From: Centroscyllium fabricii
Lineage: Eukaryota
Length of the DNA: 64,000 nucleotides
NCBI GenBank assembly: GCA_051313645.2
Contig: JBNRSN020000034.1
Coordinates: 992,001 to 1,056,000 of the forward strand
Reading direction: 5' to 3'
The notes under the pieces are model-generated. The model did no database searches, had not been told where the DNA came from, and saw nothing but the letters and a program-made list of their open reading frames with translations. Position 1 is the first letter of the stretch. The number at the start of each line of letters is the position of its first letter. Below, in pieces: positions 46,870 to 57,935 of the stretch. Made by a program: the position numbers and the translations under genes.

Positions 46870-49063
46870 TATATCCTTTCTTAAGTAAGGAGACCAAAAC
46901 TGCACACAGTACTCCAGGTGTGGTCTCACAAGGCCCTGTATAACTGTAGTAAGACATCCTTGCTCCTGTACTCAAATCCTCTTGCAATGAAGGCCTTCCT
47001 AACTGCTTTCTGCACCTGCATGTTTGCTTTCAGTGACTGGTGTGCATCAACATTTCCCAATCTATAAACCATTTAAATAATACTTTGCCTTTCAGTTTTT
47101 CCTGCCGAAGTGGATAACTTCACATTTATCCACATTATACTACATCTGCCATGTATTTGCCCACTCACTCAAGTTATCTAAATTGCCTTGAAGCCTCTTT
47201 GCATCTTCCTCACAACTCACACTCCCACCTAATTTCATGTCATCAGCAAACTTGGAAATATTACATTTGGTTCCCTCATCCAAATCATTGGTATGGATGA
47301 TATTCAAGGTCCCACAAACAGCAATGGAACAAATGACCAGATAATATGTTTAATGATGTTGGTTGAGGGATAACTGTTGGACAGGACACCAAGGGAACTT
47401 CCCTGCTTTTGTTCGAAATAGTGCCGTGGGACCTTTTACGTCCACCTGAGAGGGCAGACGGGACCTCGGTTTAATGTCTCATCCCACATTACTGCACTGA
47501 AGTCTGCCTAGATTATATGCTCAATTCACTGGATTGGGCCTTTAGCCCACAGTCTTCTGACTCAGAAGGCGAGAATGCCACCACTGAGCCACAGCCCATA
47601 CAATGCCCTGACTGAAGTAATTTAACCTAACCATTGTACTAGGGACTTTCCTGGTTTGAATGACTTAAGTACTCACTGAATAAACTTGCTGAGCCATCAA
47701 GAAAGTTATAGTCACAACCAGGGAAACAGCTGATGGGTAAGTAGGACCTGGTGAATATTTCTACAGTCAAGTCATTAAAGTAAAAGTAAGGTCTCTAGTT
47801 TAGAGTGAGTAGTGTTTAAAGTGAAGTAAGGTCCCTAGTGTATTTAATATTCTTTAATTTAGAGGGAGTAAATTAAGGGTAGGACATGGCAGGGCAGCTC
47901 GGCAACATGGAGTGCTCCTCCTGTGTTATGTGGGAAGTCAGGGACACTTTTGGTGTCCAGGGAAAACATGTGTGCAGGAAGTGTCTCCAGCTGCAGCTAC
48001 TCGAAATCCGCGTTTCGGAGCTGGAGCTGCAGCTGGAGTCACTGTGGAGCATCCACGAGGCTGAGATCTACGTGGATAGCATGTTTGATGAGGTGGTCAC
48101 ACGGCAGGTAAAGAGTGCACAGGCAGAAAGGGAATGGGTGACTGCCAGACAGAACAAGGAAGGTGTTGCAGGAGTCCCCTGGGTCCATCTCCCTCTCCAC
48201 CAGATTTTCCATTTTGGATACTGCTGGGGGAGATGGTTTCTCAGGGGAATGCAGCAAGAGCCAAGTCTATGGCACTACGAGTGGCTCTGCTGCACAGGAG
48301 GGGCGGAAAAAGAGTGGGAGAGCAATAGTGATAGGGGATTCTATTGTAAGGGGAACAGGTAGATATTTCTGTGGCCGCAGATGTGCCTCCAGGATGGTAT
48401 GTTGCCTCCCTGGTGCCAGGGTCAAGGATGTCACTGAGCGGCTGCTGGATATTCTGAAGGGCGAGGGTGAACAGCCAGAGGTCGTGGTCCATATCGGTAC
48501 CAACGACATATGTAGAAAAAGGTCCTGCAAGCAGAATATAGGGAGCTAGGAAATAAATTAAAAAACAGGACCTCAAAGGTAGTAATATCAGGATTACTCC
48601 CAGTGCCACGTGCTAGCGAGAGCAGAAATAGGAGAATAGACCAGATGAATGTTTGGCTGGAGAGATGGTGTAGGAAGGAGGGATTTAAATTCCTGAGGCA
48701 TTGGTACCGATTCTGGGGAAGGTGAGACCTGTACAAGCTGGACGGGTAACATCACAGCAGAACCAGGACCAATGTCCTCGCAGGGGGGTTTGCTAGTGCT
48801 GTCGGGAAAGACTTAAACTAGTTTGTCAGGGGGCTGGGAACCTAAGTGTGGGCCCAGAACAGAGAGAAACAAAGCTGGAAGTGCAAGTTCAAAAAGTAGT
48901 CAGCAAAACTCATAGGGAGCAGAACCAAAAGCCAACAGTGAAGAGGGTGAAAGTGCAGAAAAATATTAAACAGGCAAAGTTGAAGGCACTTTATTTAAAT
49001 GCACGTGGCATTCGCAACACGGTGGATAAATTAATGGCACTAATAGAAGTAAATGGGTATGAT

Positions 49064-49471
49064 GGGCAGCACGGTGGCATAGTGGCATAGTGGTTAGCAC
49101 TGTTGCCTCACAGCTCTGGAGACCCGGGTTCAAATCCAGCCTCGGGTACTATCTGTGTGGAGTTTGCACATTCTCCCCGTGTCTGCGTGGGTTTCCTCCA
49201 GGTGCTCCGGTTTCCTCCCACAGTCCAAAGATGTGCGGGTTAGGTTGATTGGCCAAGATAAATTGACCCTTAGTGTTAGGGGGATTGAATATGTGGGGTT
49301 ACGGGGATAGGGTGGGATATGTGTCGCTGCAGGCTCGATAGGGATATGGGGACAGGGCAGGGGCGGGGTGCTGGGTTTGGATGATCAACCATGATCTCAT
49401 TGAATGGCGGAGCAGGCTCGAAGGGCCGAATGGCCTACTCCTGCTCCTATTTTCTATGTTTCTATGTTTCT
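49064..49471 (+). mobile_element. HE1-like V-SINE
   Basis: Closely similar to 33243-33647, with TGGCATAG duplicated in the A box. Confidence 0.92.
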
Positions 49472-49649
49472 TTGTAATTGCCATTACAAAGATATGGTTG
49501 CAGGGTAACCAAAGCTGGGAACTGAATGTTCCAGGGCACTCAACATTTAGGAAGGACAGACAAAAAGGAAAAGGAGATGGCGTAGCGCTGTTAATAAGGA
49601 ATGAGATCAGTATGGTAGAGATAAAAGATCTTGGCTTGGCAGATCATGG

Positions 49650-50878
49650 TGTAGCGTACCCAGGGAAGTCCCTGGGTCTTCCCTTTAAGCCACAATCCCC
49701 ATTTCACAGTCGGTCCCGCCTACATTTCCCTATTGAGCAGCCAGTATTCCTGTCCTGGTTCCTGAGTGGCCTAAGGAACTGTGCATCTCTTTTCCCACAA
49801 TGCTTCGCGCTTTCGCGCCCTTTTCCAACAGTCGTTGTATGAAGTTCATGATTGAAGACCTGTTTTACCTGTGCTCCGGTGCACTGCGTTTCTTTGGTAA
49901 AAGCTTTAGGTAGGAGGTTGGATAACCCCTACAATTGGTGACCCCGATGTCAGACAGTGAACTGCCTGACCCGAACACGCAAACCGCTGCGAATCCCCAG
50001 GGAGTTCCTCCCCTCTGTCAATGAGGGTTGGTTGGCAGGCGAACAGCTAGCTCGACACAATGACACCGCCCATCGTTTCCTTCCCGTGCCCACTTCGTCG
50101 CACGGGGTCCAGTCGTCCCAAGTGCCCATCGAGCTCCGCCAGGCCCACTTCATGTTCGTTCGCCGCGACGCACACAAGACACCCTTACAGGCGGTGTACA
50201 CAGGCCCCTTCCGTGTCATGGAGGTGGGCGACAAAGTTTTCCTCCTCGCGGTCGGTGGTAGACGGGACCTCGTTTCCATTGACAGGCTCAAAGCGGCCGA
50301 CTTGGATTCCACTCGGTCTGATCAATGTCCTTCAGGCCCCCGTGTTGAATTCTCTTCCTCCACAAATGAGGCTCCACCGGGCTCGGCCCTGCTCGAACTT
50401 ACCAATAGGGTCCCATCTCCCGCACCGGTTTCGCCCCCCACTTCTGCGCCCCGGCAGAACCTCAGCCCCGGCCGTGGCATGCCCGTACTTGCCTCACCCG
50501 CACCTGCGGGCTATCACACAGGCTCCGGCCGCCTGGTCAAGCCTCCTCGGAGGTTGACCTACCACTTTCATGAGGATTCTGTGGGGGCTTATGTAGCGTA
50601 GCTACCCGGGGAGCCCCTGGGTCTTCCCTTTAAGCCACAATCCCCATTTCACAGTCGGTCCCGCCTAGATTTCCCTATTGGGCAGCTGGCGTCCCTGTCC
50701 TGGTTCCTGAGTGGCCTAAGGAACTGTCCATCTCTTTTCCCACAATGCTTCATGCTTTTGCGCCCTTTTCCAACAGTCGTTGTATGGAATTCATGATTAA
50801 AGACCTGTTTTACCCGTGCTCTGGTGCACTGCGTTTCTTTGGTAAAAACTTCAGGTAGGAGGTTGGATAACCCCTACA
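49650..50878 (+). mobile_element. Internally deleted (TRIM-like) Gypsy element; LTRs 49650-49933 and 50592-50878; TSD ATGG
   Basis: Paired TGTAG...CTACA LTRs, PBS TGGTGACCCCGA, and an interior holding only the integrase C-terminus (YTGPFRV...VSIDRLK). Confidence 0.93.
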
Positions 50879-51420
50879 ATGGTGTCGAATCAGTTTGGGT
50901 GGGGCTAAGAAACAGCAAAGGGTGGAAAACATTGGTGGGAGTTGTGGATAGGCCACCAAACAGTAGTGGTAATGTCGGGCACAGTATCAATCAAGAAATT
51001 AGAAGTGCATGTAACAAGGGCAATACGGTAATCATGGAGGACTTTAATCTACATATTGACTGGGCAAATCAAATTACCATTAATAGTGTGGAGGACGAAT
51101 TCTTGGAATGCATGCGAGATGGTTTCCTGGATCAGTATGTGGAGGAACCAACCAGGGAACAGGCTACTCTGGATCTGGTACTGTGTAATGAGAAAGGGCC
51201 AATCAATAATCTTATGGTAATGGGGCCTTCAGGGAAAAGTGACCATAATATGATTGAATTTTACATTACGTTTGAGAGTGATATAGTCCAATCTGAAACT
51301 AAAGTCTTCAATCTAAACAGAGGAAATTACAAGGGTCTGAAGAACCAATTGGCCATGGTAGATTGAGAGACTACACTAAAAGGCATGAAGGTGGACATAC
51401 AATGGCTAACATTCAAGGAA

Positions 51421-51930
51421 TGTGATAAACTATAATCTGTGCATTTATCACTCATCGTGTTGTATGTAATAGGGAACCATAATCTGTACATTTATCACTC
51501 ATTGTGTTGTGTATAATAGGGGTGACTCACTTTGCCTGAGACTGTATGTAAATATGTTATGTGTGACTCACCCCAACTATGTGATCACGTAGCCCAACGG
51601 ACTTCGCCCTCAACTTCTCCCCTCAGGGCAGGCTTATAACCTCTGGTTCGCCACCTGAGGGCCAGATTCGTACCGAGCTCTGTTGGACCACGTCTAGTTC
51701 TAAGATATAATAAAAGCCTTTCATTGCTTTTTTGTAAGATGGCCTCCGCTAGCAGTTATTCGCGCTTCAATTTTATTATATCTTTGTTATTTTCTGGACA
51801 ACGATGGAGAACATAACATGGTTGAAACCGAATGTGCTCGACCTCGACCCGAGGGCCCCTGGCACCGGCGAGGACTTTGAGCACTGGCAGACCATGCTCG
51901 AGGCCTACTGCGCCCTCACCCCAGCTATGA
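51421..51930 (+). mobile_element. 5' LTR (51421-51769) and gag start of a second element of the 21424 clade
   Basis: TG...CA ends, TATA-like TTATAA and AATAAA. Gag LKPNVLDLDP....EDFEHW aligns with VKPDRLDVNP....NAFEQW of the 21708 Gag. Confidence 0.85.
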
Positions 51931-53779
51931 AGGAGGGCATTCAAAGGAACTCGAATAGCCCGAAAGGGGTGATTATGGCCGTCTTGGGAACGTACATGGG
52001 GTGGACTGGTGCCTGATGGTAACTGCGCACCAGGTTGACTTTAGAGAAGACTGAGCGGCCGGCCAGTCTAGCCGAGAAGCCCTGAATGTGCATTATGGGG
52101 TACCTATCCAGCGTGGTGCCGTTGTTTAGGTGCTGGTAGTCCCCGCAGGGGCACCATTCCCTGCCAGGTTTGGGGACGATGTGGAGTGGGGAGGCCCAGG
52201 GGCTGTTGGAGCGGCGGATGATGCCGAGCTGTTCCATTGAGGTGAACTCGGTCCACGCGATCTCCAGCTTGGCCGGGTCCAGCCTACGGGCATGGGCATA
52301 CACTGGAGGACCTGTGGTAGGGATGAAGTGTTCTACCCCGTGTTTGGCAACCTTTGCGGAGAAGGTCGGGTTGGTGAGGGTTGGGAACTCAGCTAGGAGT
52401 GCTGAGTAGGCATCCGTTGAGCGGGCGTGGCACTGCCACACCATTTTGACGGGTTGGGGGGCCATGGCGCCCGGGATGGGCAACATGGTGGTCATGTCCA
52501 CGAGGCGGCACCGAGGTATGTCGACCAATAGGCCGTGGGCACACAGGAAATCCACACCGAAGAGTGGGGAGAGCACCTTGGCTCGTGATAAACTCCCAGT
52601 GGTAGTGGCGGCCTGCGAGGTCGATGGCGACAGTGCGGGTGCCGAACGTACGGCTGTCGGTACCATTGGCAGCAGCCAGCGCGGGTCCGCGCCCACCTCG
52701 CTGGATCTCGAGGGTGGACGCGGGGATGATGCTGTGCTGTGTGCCCATGTCGCATGGGAAACGGTGTCCGGAGGTGCTGTCGCAAACGTACAGCAGCACG
52801 CCCGCTTGCCCCACGGCCATCGTGAGGGACAGTGCAGGGGCGGTTGGAAACATGCAGTGATGGCTGCAGCGGCGTGCCCGTGCAACGAACCGGGCATGGT
52901 AGTAGCAGCAGCCATGGTTCGGAGGGCTTGGGGGACGTTGGGGCCTGGGGGGCCTCGTGACCGAGCTGTGCGGCCACGCAATAGTGGGTGGAGCGCGGGC
53001 CATCGCTGCGAAGGCCAGGTCAGCGGTGACGGCATGGTTGGAGCTGGCGGACAGGAGCTTATCGGCTTCGTCGGCCAGGGCCTCGAGGTCCATGAGGCTG
53101 GACGCCACGATCGTAGAGCGGATGCTGAGAGGCAGCTGGCAGATAAAGAGCTTGCGGAAGAGGGAGCCAGGCGGCTTCTCGTCGGTCAGAGTGCGCATGT
53201 GTGAGAGGAAGTCTGACGGCATGGAGTTACCGAAGCCCGGGAGGTCGAGGAGGTGGCAGTTGCGCAAGAATTGGGAGGCTGTGAATTTTGTAATGAGCGT
53301 GACCTTGAGGTGTGCATACTTGCCATTCTCCGGTGAGTTTTGTAGTGCTGCCCAGACATTCATGACTGTGGAGCTGCCTAGGGAGGCAAGGAGGTAGTCG
53401 TACATTGTTGTGTCGGCGGTGATGCCGCGGAGTCAGAATTGTGATTCGGCTTGAAGGAACCAGGCGGTGGCCTGGTTCTCCCAAAACTCCAGCAGCTTCA
53501 CTGAAACTGCGTTTGTGTCAGCCATGGTTATGCTTTGGAATCGTCCTGAGCGTCGGGGTCACCAATGTGGAAGCTGAGCATAAAATGGAGACTGGGAGCA
53601 CACCAACGGTATGACTGGTTTTATTGAGACAACAGCTTCAACTGACTTTCCTGCTCTTGGGCCAACTATATACAGACAGAGTTTCTTAAAGGCATGATGC
53701 CTCTTAAAGGCATGACACCTGATTTATAGACTATGGACCGGAAAGCGGATTGTGTCTGTTCTGTGGTCGGTACGCCACA
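51931..53779 (-). mobile_element. 5' half of a CsRn1-like Gypsy element (LTR 53566-53779, PBS, gag, PR, partial RT)
   Basis: PBS TGGTGACCCCGACG; motifs CYYHARF, CDMGTQHS, SPWASPLHIV and TPFGLFEFL; truncated within RT. Confidence 0.9.
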
Positions 53780-53908
53780 CCCTGCTATTTAAGAAAGGAG
53801 GGAGAGAGAAATGGGGAACTACAGACCTGTTAGCCTCACATCAGTAGTTGGGAAAATGCTGGAATCTATTATAAAGGATGCAATAACTGGGCACTTAGAA
53901 ACTAATAC

Positions 53909-54377
53909 AGGCACACAATCCCTTATCCGCAATGCCAAAAAACGAAAAGCTCCAAAAACCGAAGTTTTTCTTAAATCAGTTTTTTCTTAAATAAATTGAA
54001 GCTGCAGCAGAAAAAACACGTTCCTACCCTGATCTCATGCTGTTGATGCCGTGCTGAGGAAACAAACGGCTGATCTCCTCCTGCAAACAGCCGATCTCCC
54101 CCTGCAAACAGCTGATTTCCCCCTGCAAATGGCCGATCTCCCCCTGCAAACGGCCGATTTCCCCCTGCAAATGGCTGATCTCCCCTGCAAACGGCCAATC
54201 TCCCCCTCCAAATGGCCGATATGCCGTTCCCCGACTGCGACCTGGGCCGCAAACACGGAATTGCGCATGCGCATGCGACCTGCGCATGCGCACTGGGGCC
54301 AACTCTAAAAACCGTATTTATCCGACAACCGAGACCCGCCCGGTCCTGAGGTTTTCGGACAAAGGGTTGTGTACCTG
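53909..54377. mobile_element. Tc1/mariner-type MITE with TA TSD
   Basis: TA|CAGGCACACAATCCCTTATCCG ... CGGACAAAGGGTTGTGTACCTG|TA, with the same internal minisatellite as 46104. Confidence 0.9.
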
Positions 54378-55064
54378 TAGTAAGATTGGGCAAGGTCAAT
54401 ATGGATTTATGAAAGGGAAATCCTGTTTGACAAACCTATTGGAGTTCTTTGAGAATGTATCTAGTGGAGTAGACAAAGGGGAACTGGTAGATGTGGTGTA
54501 TTTGGATTTTCAGAAGGCCTTCGATAATGTCCCACACAAGAGGTTGGTGAACAAAATTAGGGCACATGGAATTGGGGGTAATATGCTAGCATGGATTTAG
54601 AATTGGTTAACAGACAGAAAACAAAGAGTAGGGATAAACGGGTCTTTTGTAGAATGGCAGGCTGTGACTAGTGGGGTACCACAAGGATCGGCGCTTGGGC
54701 CCCAGCTATTCACAATCTATATCAATGATTTGGATGAGGGGACTAAATGTAACATTTCCAAATTTGCTGATGACACAAAGCTAGGTGGCAGTGTCAGTTG
54801 CGAAGAGGATGTGAAGAGGCTTCATGGGGATCTCGACAGGCTCAGCGAGTGGGCGAGAACATGGCAGGTGGAATATAATGTGGATAAATGTGAAGTTATC
54901 CAATTTGGTAGAAGAACAGAAAGGCAGAGTATTTCCTAAATGGTGAAAGATTGAGGAATGCAGATGCTCAAAGGGACCTGGGTGTCCTTGTATATGAGTC
55001 ACTGAAAGTGAATGTGCAGGTGCAGAAGGCCATTAGGAAGGCAAATGGTATGTTGGCCTTCATT

Positions 55065-56910
55065 TGTAAGGGGTGTGCGCCGTGTTTATACGCGACTTGG
55101 GGTCCTTTATTGCCTTGCTCTAGCCACCGGCCAGGCCTCGCGCAATAATCCTCCTCCCCCATGAGCGGTTCGAATCGCTCACCCTTACGGTTCTCTACGC
55201 TGGACTTAGATGCAGGAAGAGAGATGCAAAGACTGGACTCGCTTGGCCTTGAATAGAAGTTCAAAATCGATCTTTATTATAGCAGATCACAGGTTTACAC
55301 ATATCAATCATGGAACTTATACGTCCTGTACCAAAATAGTATAAAATACAAACAGTCTTAGCCAAATATATACCCGACATACGCGATTACCTTACAAATG
55401 GGGAACACACGACACATCGAAAAAAAAGGCCAACACTCTACAGATTGCCCAAATAAACCACCCTCCCCTCTATTGCCTAGCTATGTCCAGGTGTGTAGGA
55501 TCGGGGCGCATGCTCACCACTCGGTCAAACTCGGGGTCTGCTACGAAGTTCTTCGTCCTTCGGCTGCAGCGTTGGTCGTCACGTGGCTGTGGAAGATTCG
55601 GGGGGGCCCACTTGTTTACTCTTCCCTCTTGGCGGCGTCTGAGTCTGCTCGGGCTGGCCCTGGGCAGGTCTCTCAAGGGTTCTCTCCCCTTCAACTTAGC
55701 TGCCGATCTGATGGATCCTGAGCCCAACTCTCCAGTGCCTCGTTTCGCTGCTTTATCTTGAACTGTACGACTGAACCCCCTTGTCCAGCCACCTTCCGAT
55801 TTAAGGCGAGTAACTTGGCGCTACGGGGCCTCCAGCACTTTCTGCCCTGTACCCCGATGCCTGCAACTGGTCTCTCTCTCTCTCTCCTGACTCGGACAAA
55901 GAGTTCTACTTCTGCAAGCAAGCTTGCTCTACGGGGCCCAGCAACCAACTACCTCTCCAGCGATGGTCCCAGCCCTGATGCGATACCACTTCTTCTGCGA
56001 TAGCCACAGCCCTGACCCAGCTTTACTGCCCTGCCAGAACCTGTACCCTCGCTCGCCCTGCACCCAGAGATCTGAACGGGAGCCTCCGAAGAGAGCCCAC
56101 CAAAGTCACTGCTACCTTCAGTCCAAAACAGCTCTTTCCAAGAGCCTTCCAAGAGAGTAAGAGAAGAGCTGTACCAAATGCCTTTTCCCTCCTGAGGAGA
56201 GATTTCCAAGAGATCCAACAGCTTCCAGAGAATAAGAGAATAAGAGATCGAACTGTACCCAATGTCTTTTCCCAAGAGCGAAGAGCAGCTAAGAGCGAAG
56301 AGTTTAAGAGAGCGAACTGTGTGAAATGTCCTTCCAGTTATACTAAAATGCTGTGGGCTTAATGCCCTGCCAAATCATTGAATGTTTTGTGCTATTAAAA
56401 CGGTTTTTCTGTATTCATTATCCAGCCAACCTATTGGGGATGGCCTGAGAACAGCCTTAACTGCGTTTGTGAGCGTTTCTTTGTCTAGAGAGGGTGCAAA
56501 TCATTTTATTGCTAACTTTGCTGTACAAATCCTAAGTCTGGCCATTTGGGCCAGTTAGTCGATCTTTTGCAGTATCTTATATGCCTATTAACAGGGTGCT
56601 TCTTTATTGTTGGGCTAAACGGTTCTGGGGGGGCTGGTCAGTTCTTTACAACCAAGTGTGGGTTTTCAGCGCCTCCATGTCTGGGTTTTCGCGGGCTTTT
56701 GCAGGACTGTAAAACTATGTATGTAGTTTCGTTTTAGCTCTGGCCGTCTTATCACGTGGTCCGGTGGCCATCTTTTGGGGCCCCCTTTTCCCTTCTTTCC
56801 TTTCATCAAGCCGCAGCCTGTTTTCCTCTGCTGCCATTTGGCTCAATAAAATGTTCAATCAAACCAGGTGTCTCTTGTCCTTTATGAATTGGGAATATTG
56901 CGACCTTACA
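55065..56910 (-). repeat. Putative 3' LTR, 1846 bp
   Basis: Bounded by TGTAAGG...CCTTACA inverted ends, preceded on the minus strand by the purine tract AACAGGAGGGAC, with AATAAA on the minus strand at ~55273. The second LTR is not in the window. Confidence 0.75.
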
Positions 56911-57935
56911 GTCCCTCCTGTTGATTAGCATAACCCCGCTTAGCGAATCAATTAAATAAAAGGTTGAGCAAGATTACCCGATTCTCCACACCTCAACTTC
57001 CCTGATACTTAAACTAACTCCTGCCCCATGACACATGCGGTCCCCATTTCCCCTGGTCAAACTCGCATCGCCTCCACCCTGGGCAACATATATGTACATA
57101 ACAATTTTCTTACACCTCCAGGCTCCTTCCACATTCGCCAGGCCAATGCCTTCGTCTCCACCTGTACATATCTTTTATTATCATAAAGAAAAACCAAACA
57201 AACAACGGAAAAATCCGAAAGAGGCTTGTAACCCGAAAAAGGTAATCGCCTCACACGTCCATATTTAGACACAAACACATATCCCCTCATCATGTCCCAC
57301 CATTTGTCCCAATAGTTTTTCAAGTGTTCTGGCGGTCTTCCGCAGCCACCACCATCGGCTCGCTGGGATCTTTCTATCCCACACCGAACAAGTCCTTCTG
57401 CCGATGATAGCGCTGGTTCTGGGTGCGATGATCTTAATTCGGGGCACAGCAAACAAGTCTCTCTGCAGGCAAACTCCGACGTGCTGGAATGCTCCATTGA
57501 GTCCATTCCCAGCCGTCCTGGTCATCTGCCCTCGTGGAAGTAGGTGGTTGTTTCCTCCACCTCTTACTCCCCGGTCCCATCCGTCGCGATGGGGCAGTGT
57601 CTCTAGTGCGCCCGAACATAACGGCATCCCTGGTGTGGCCCCGATAGGCCAGTCCACCTCCGATGACCGCGAGCGTCACCAGAATCTCCACCTCTCCGGG
57701 TCCTGTAACTAAGCAAAAGGGTAGCCGACCTCCCAAGAGTGCCTGGCTGTGGTGAGATGCGAGTGGGTCCCTCGACCTCGGCTCACAGACGGAGCACACA
57801 TCCTGGACAGATCCAATATTACCTAAACACTCCCTTTACCTCTATGCCAAACCATTAAAACTTAACTCTAATTCGGGCTATTCCCTTAACGCTACCGAAA
57901 CTATAATACAGTGCCGCCTCTCCCGGGCGGCCTAC

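Larger units (their letters stand above)
45505..47598 (-). mobile_element. Deu-domain SINE split (45505-45580 and 47307-47598) by a minus-strand CR1 3' fragment (45581-47290)
   Basis: The SINE halves join as GCACACAGCA|AGGTCCCACAAACAGC. The intervening sequence is CR1 RT C-terminus and tail on the minus strand. Confidence 0.7.
47640..55064 (+). mobile_element. Long CR1 LINE (5' UTR, ORF1 and most of ORF2), multiply interrupted
   Basis: ORF1 has CSSC..W...VCRKC, a leucine zipper and an SGNH esterase (IVIGDSIVRG, HIGTND) at 47886-48830. ORF2 pieces lie at 48980-49649, 50879-51420, 53780-53908 and 54378-55064. Confidence 0.88.

Noticed and set aside
57057-57799. env gene
   Set aside because: The ORFs are under 150 aa with no signal peptide, fusion peptide or TM anchor.
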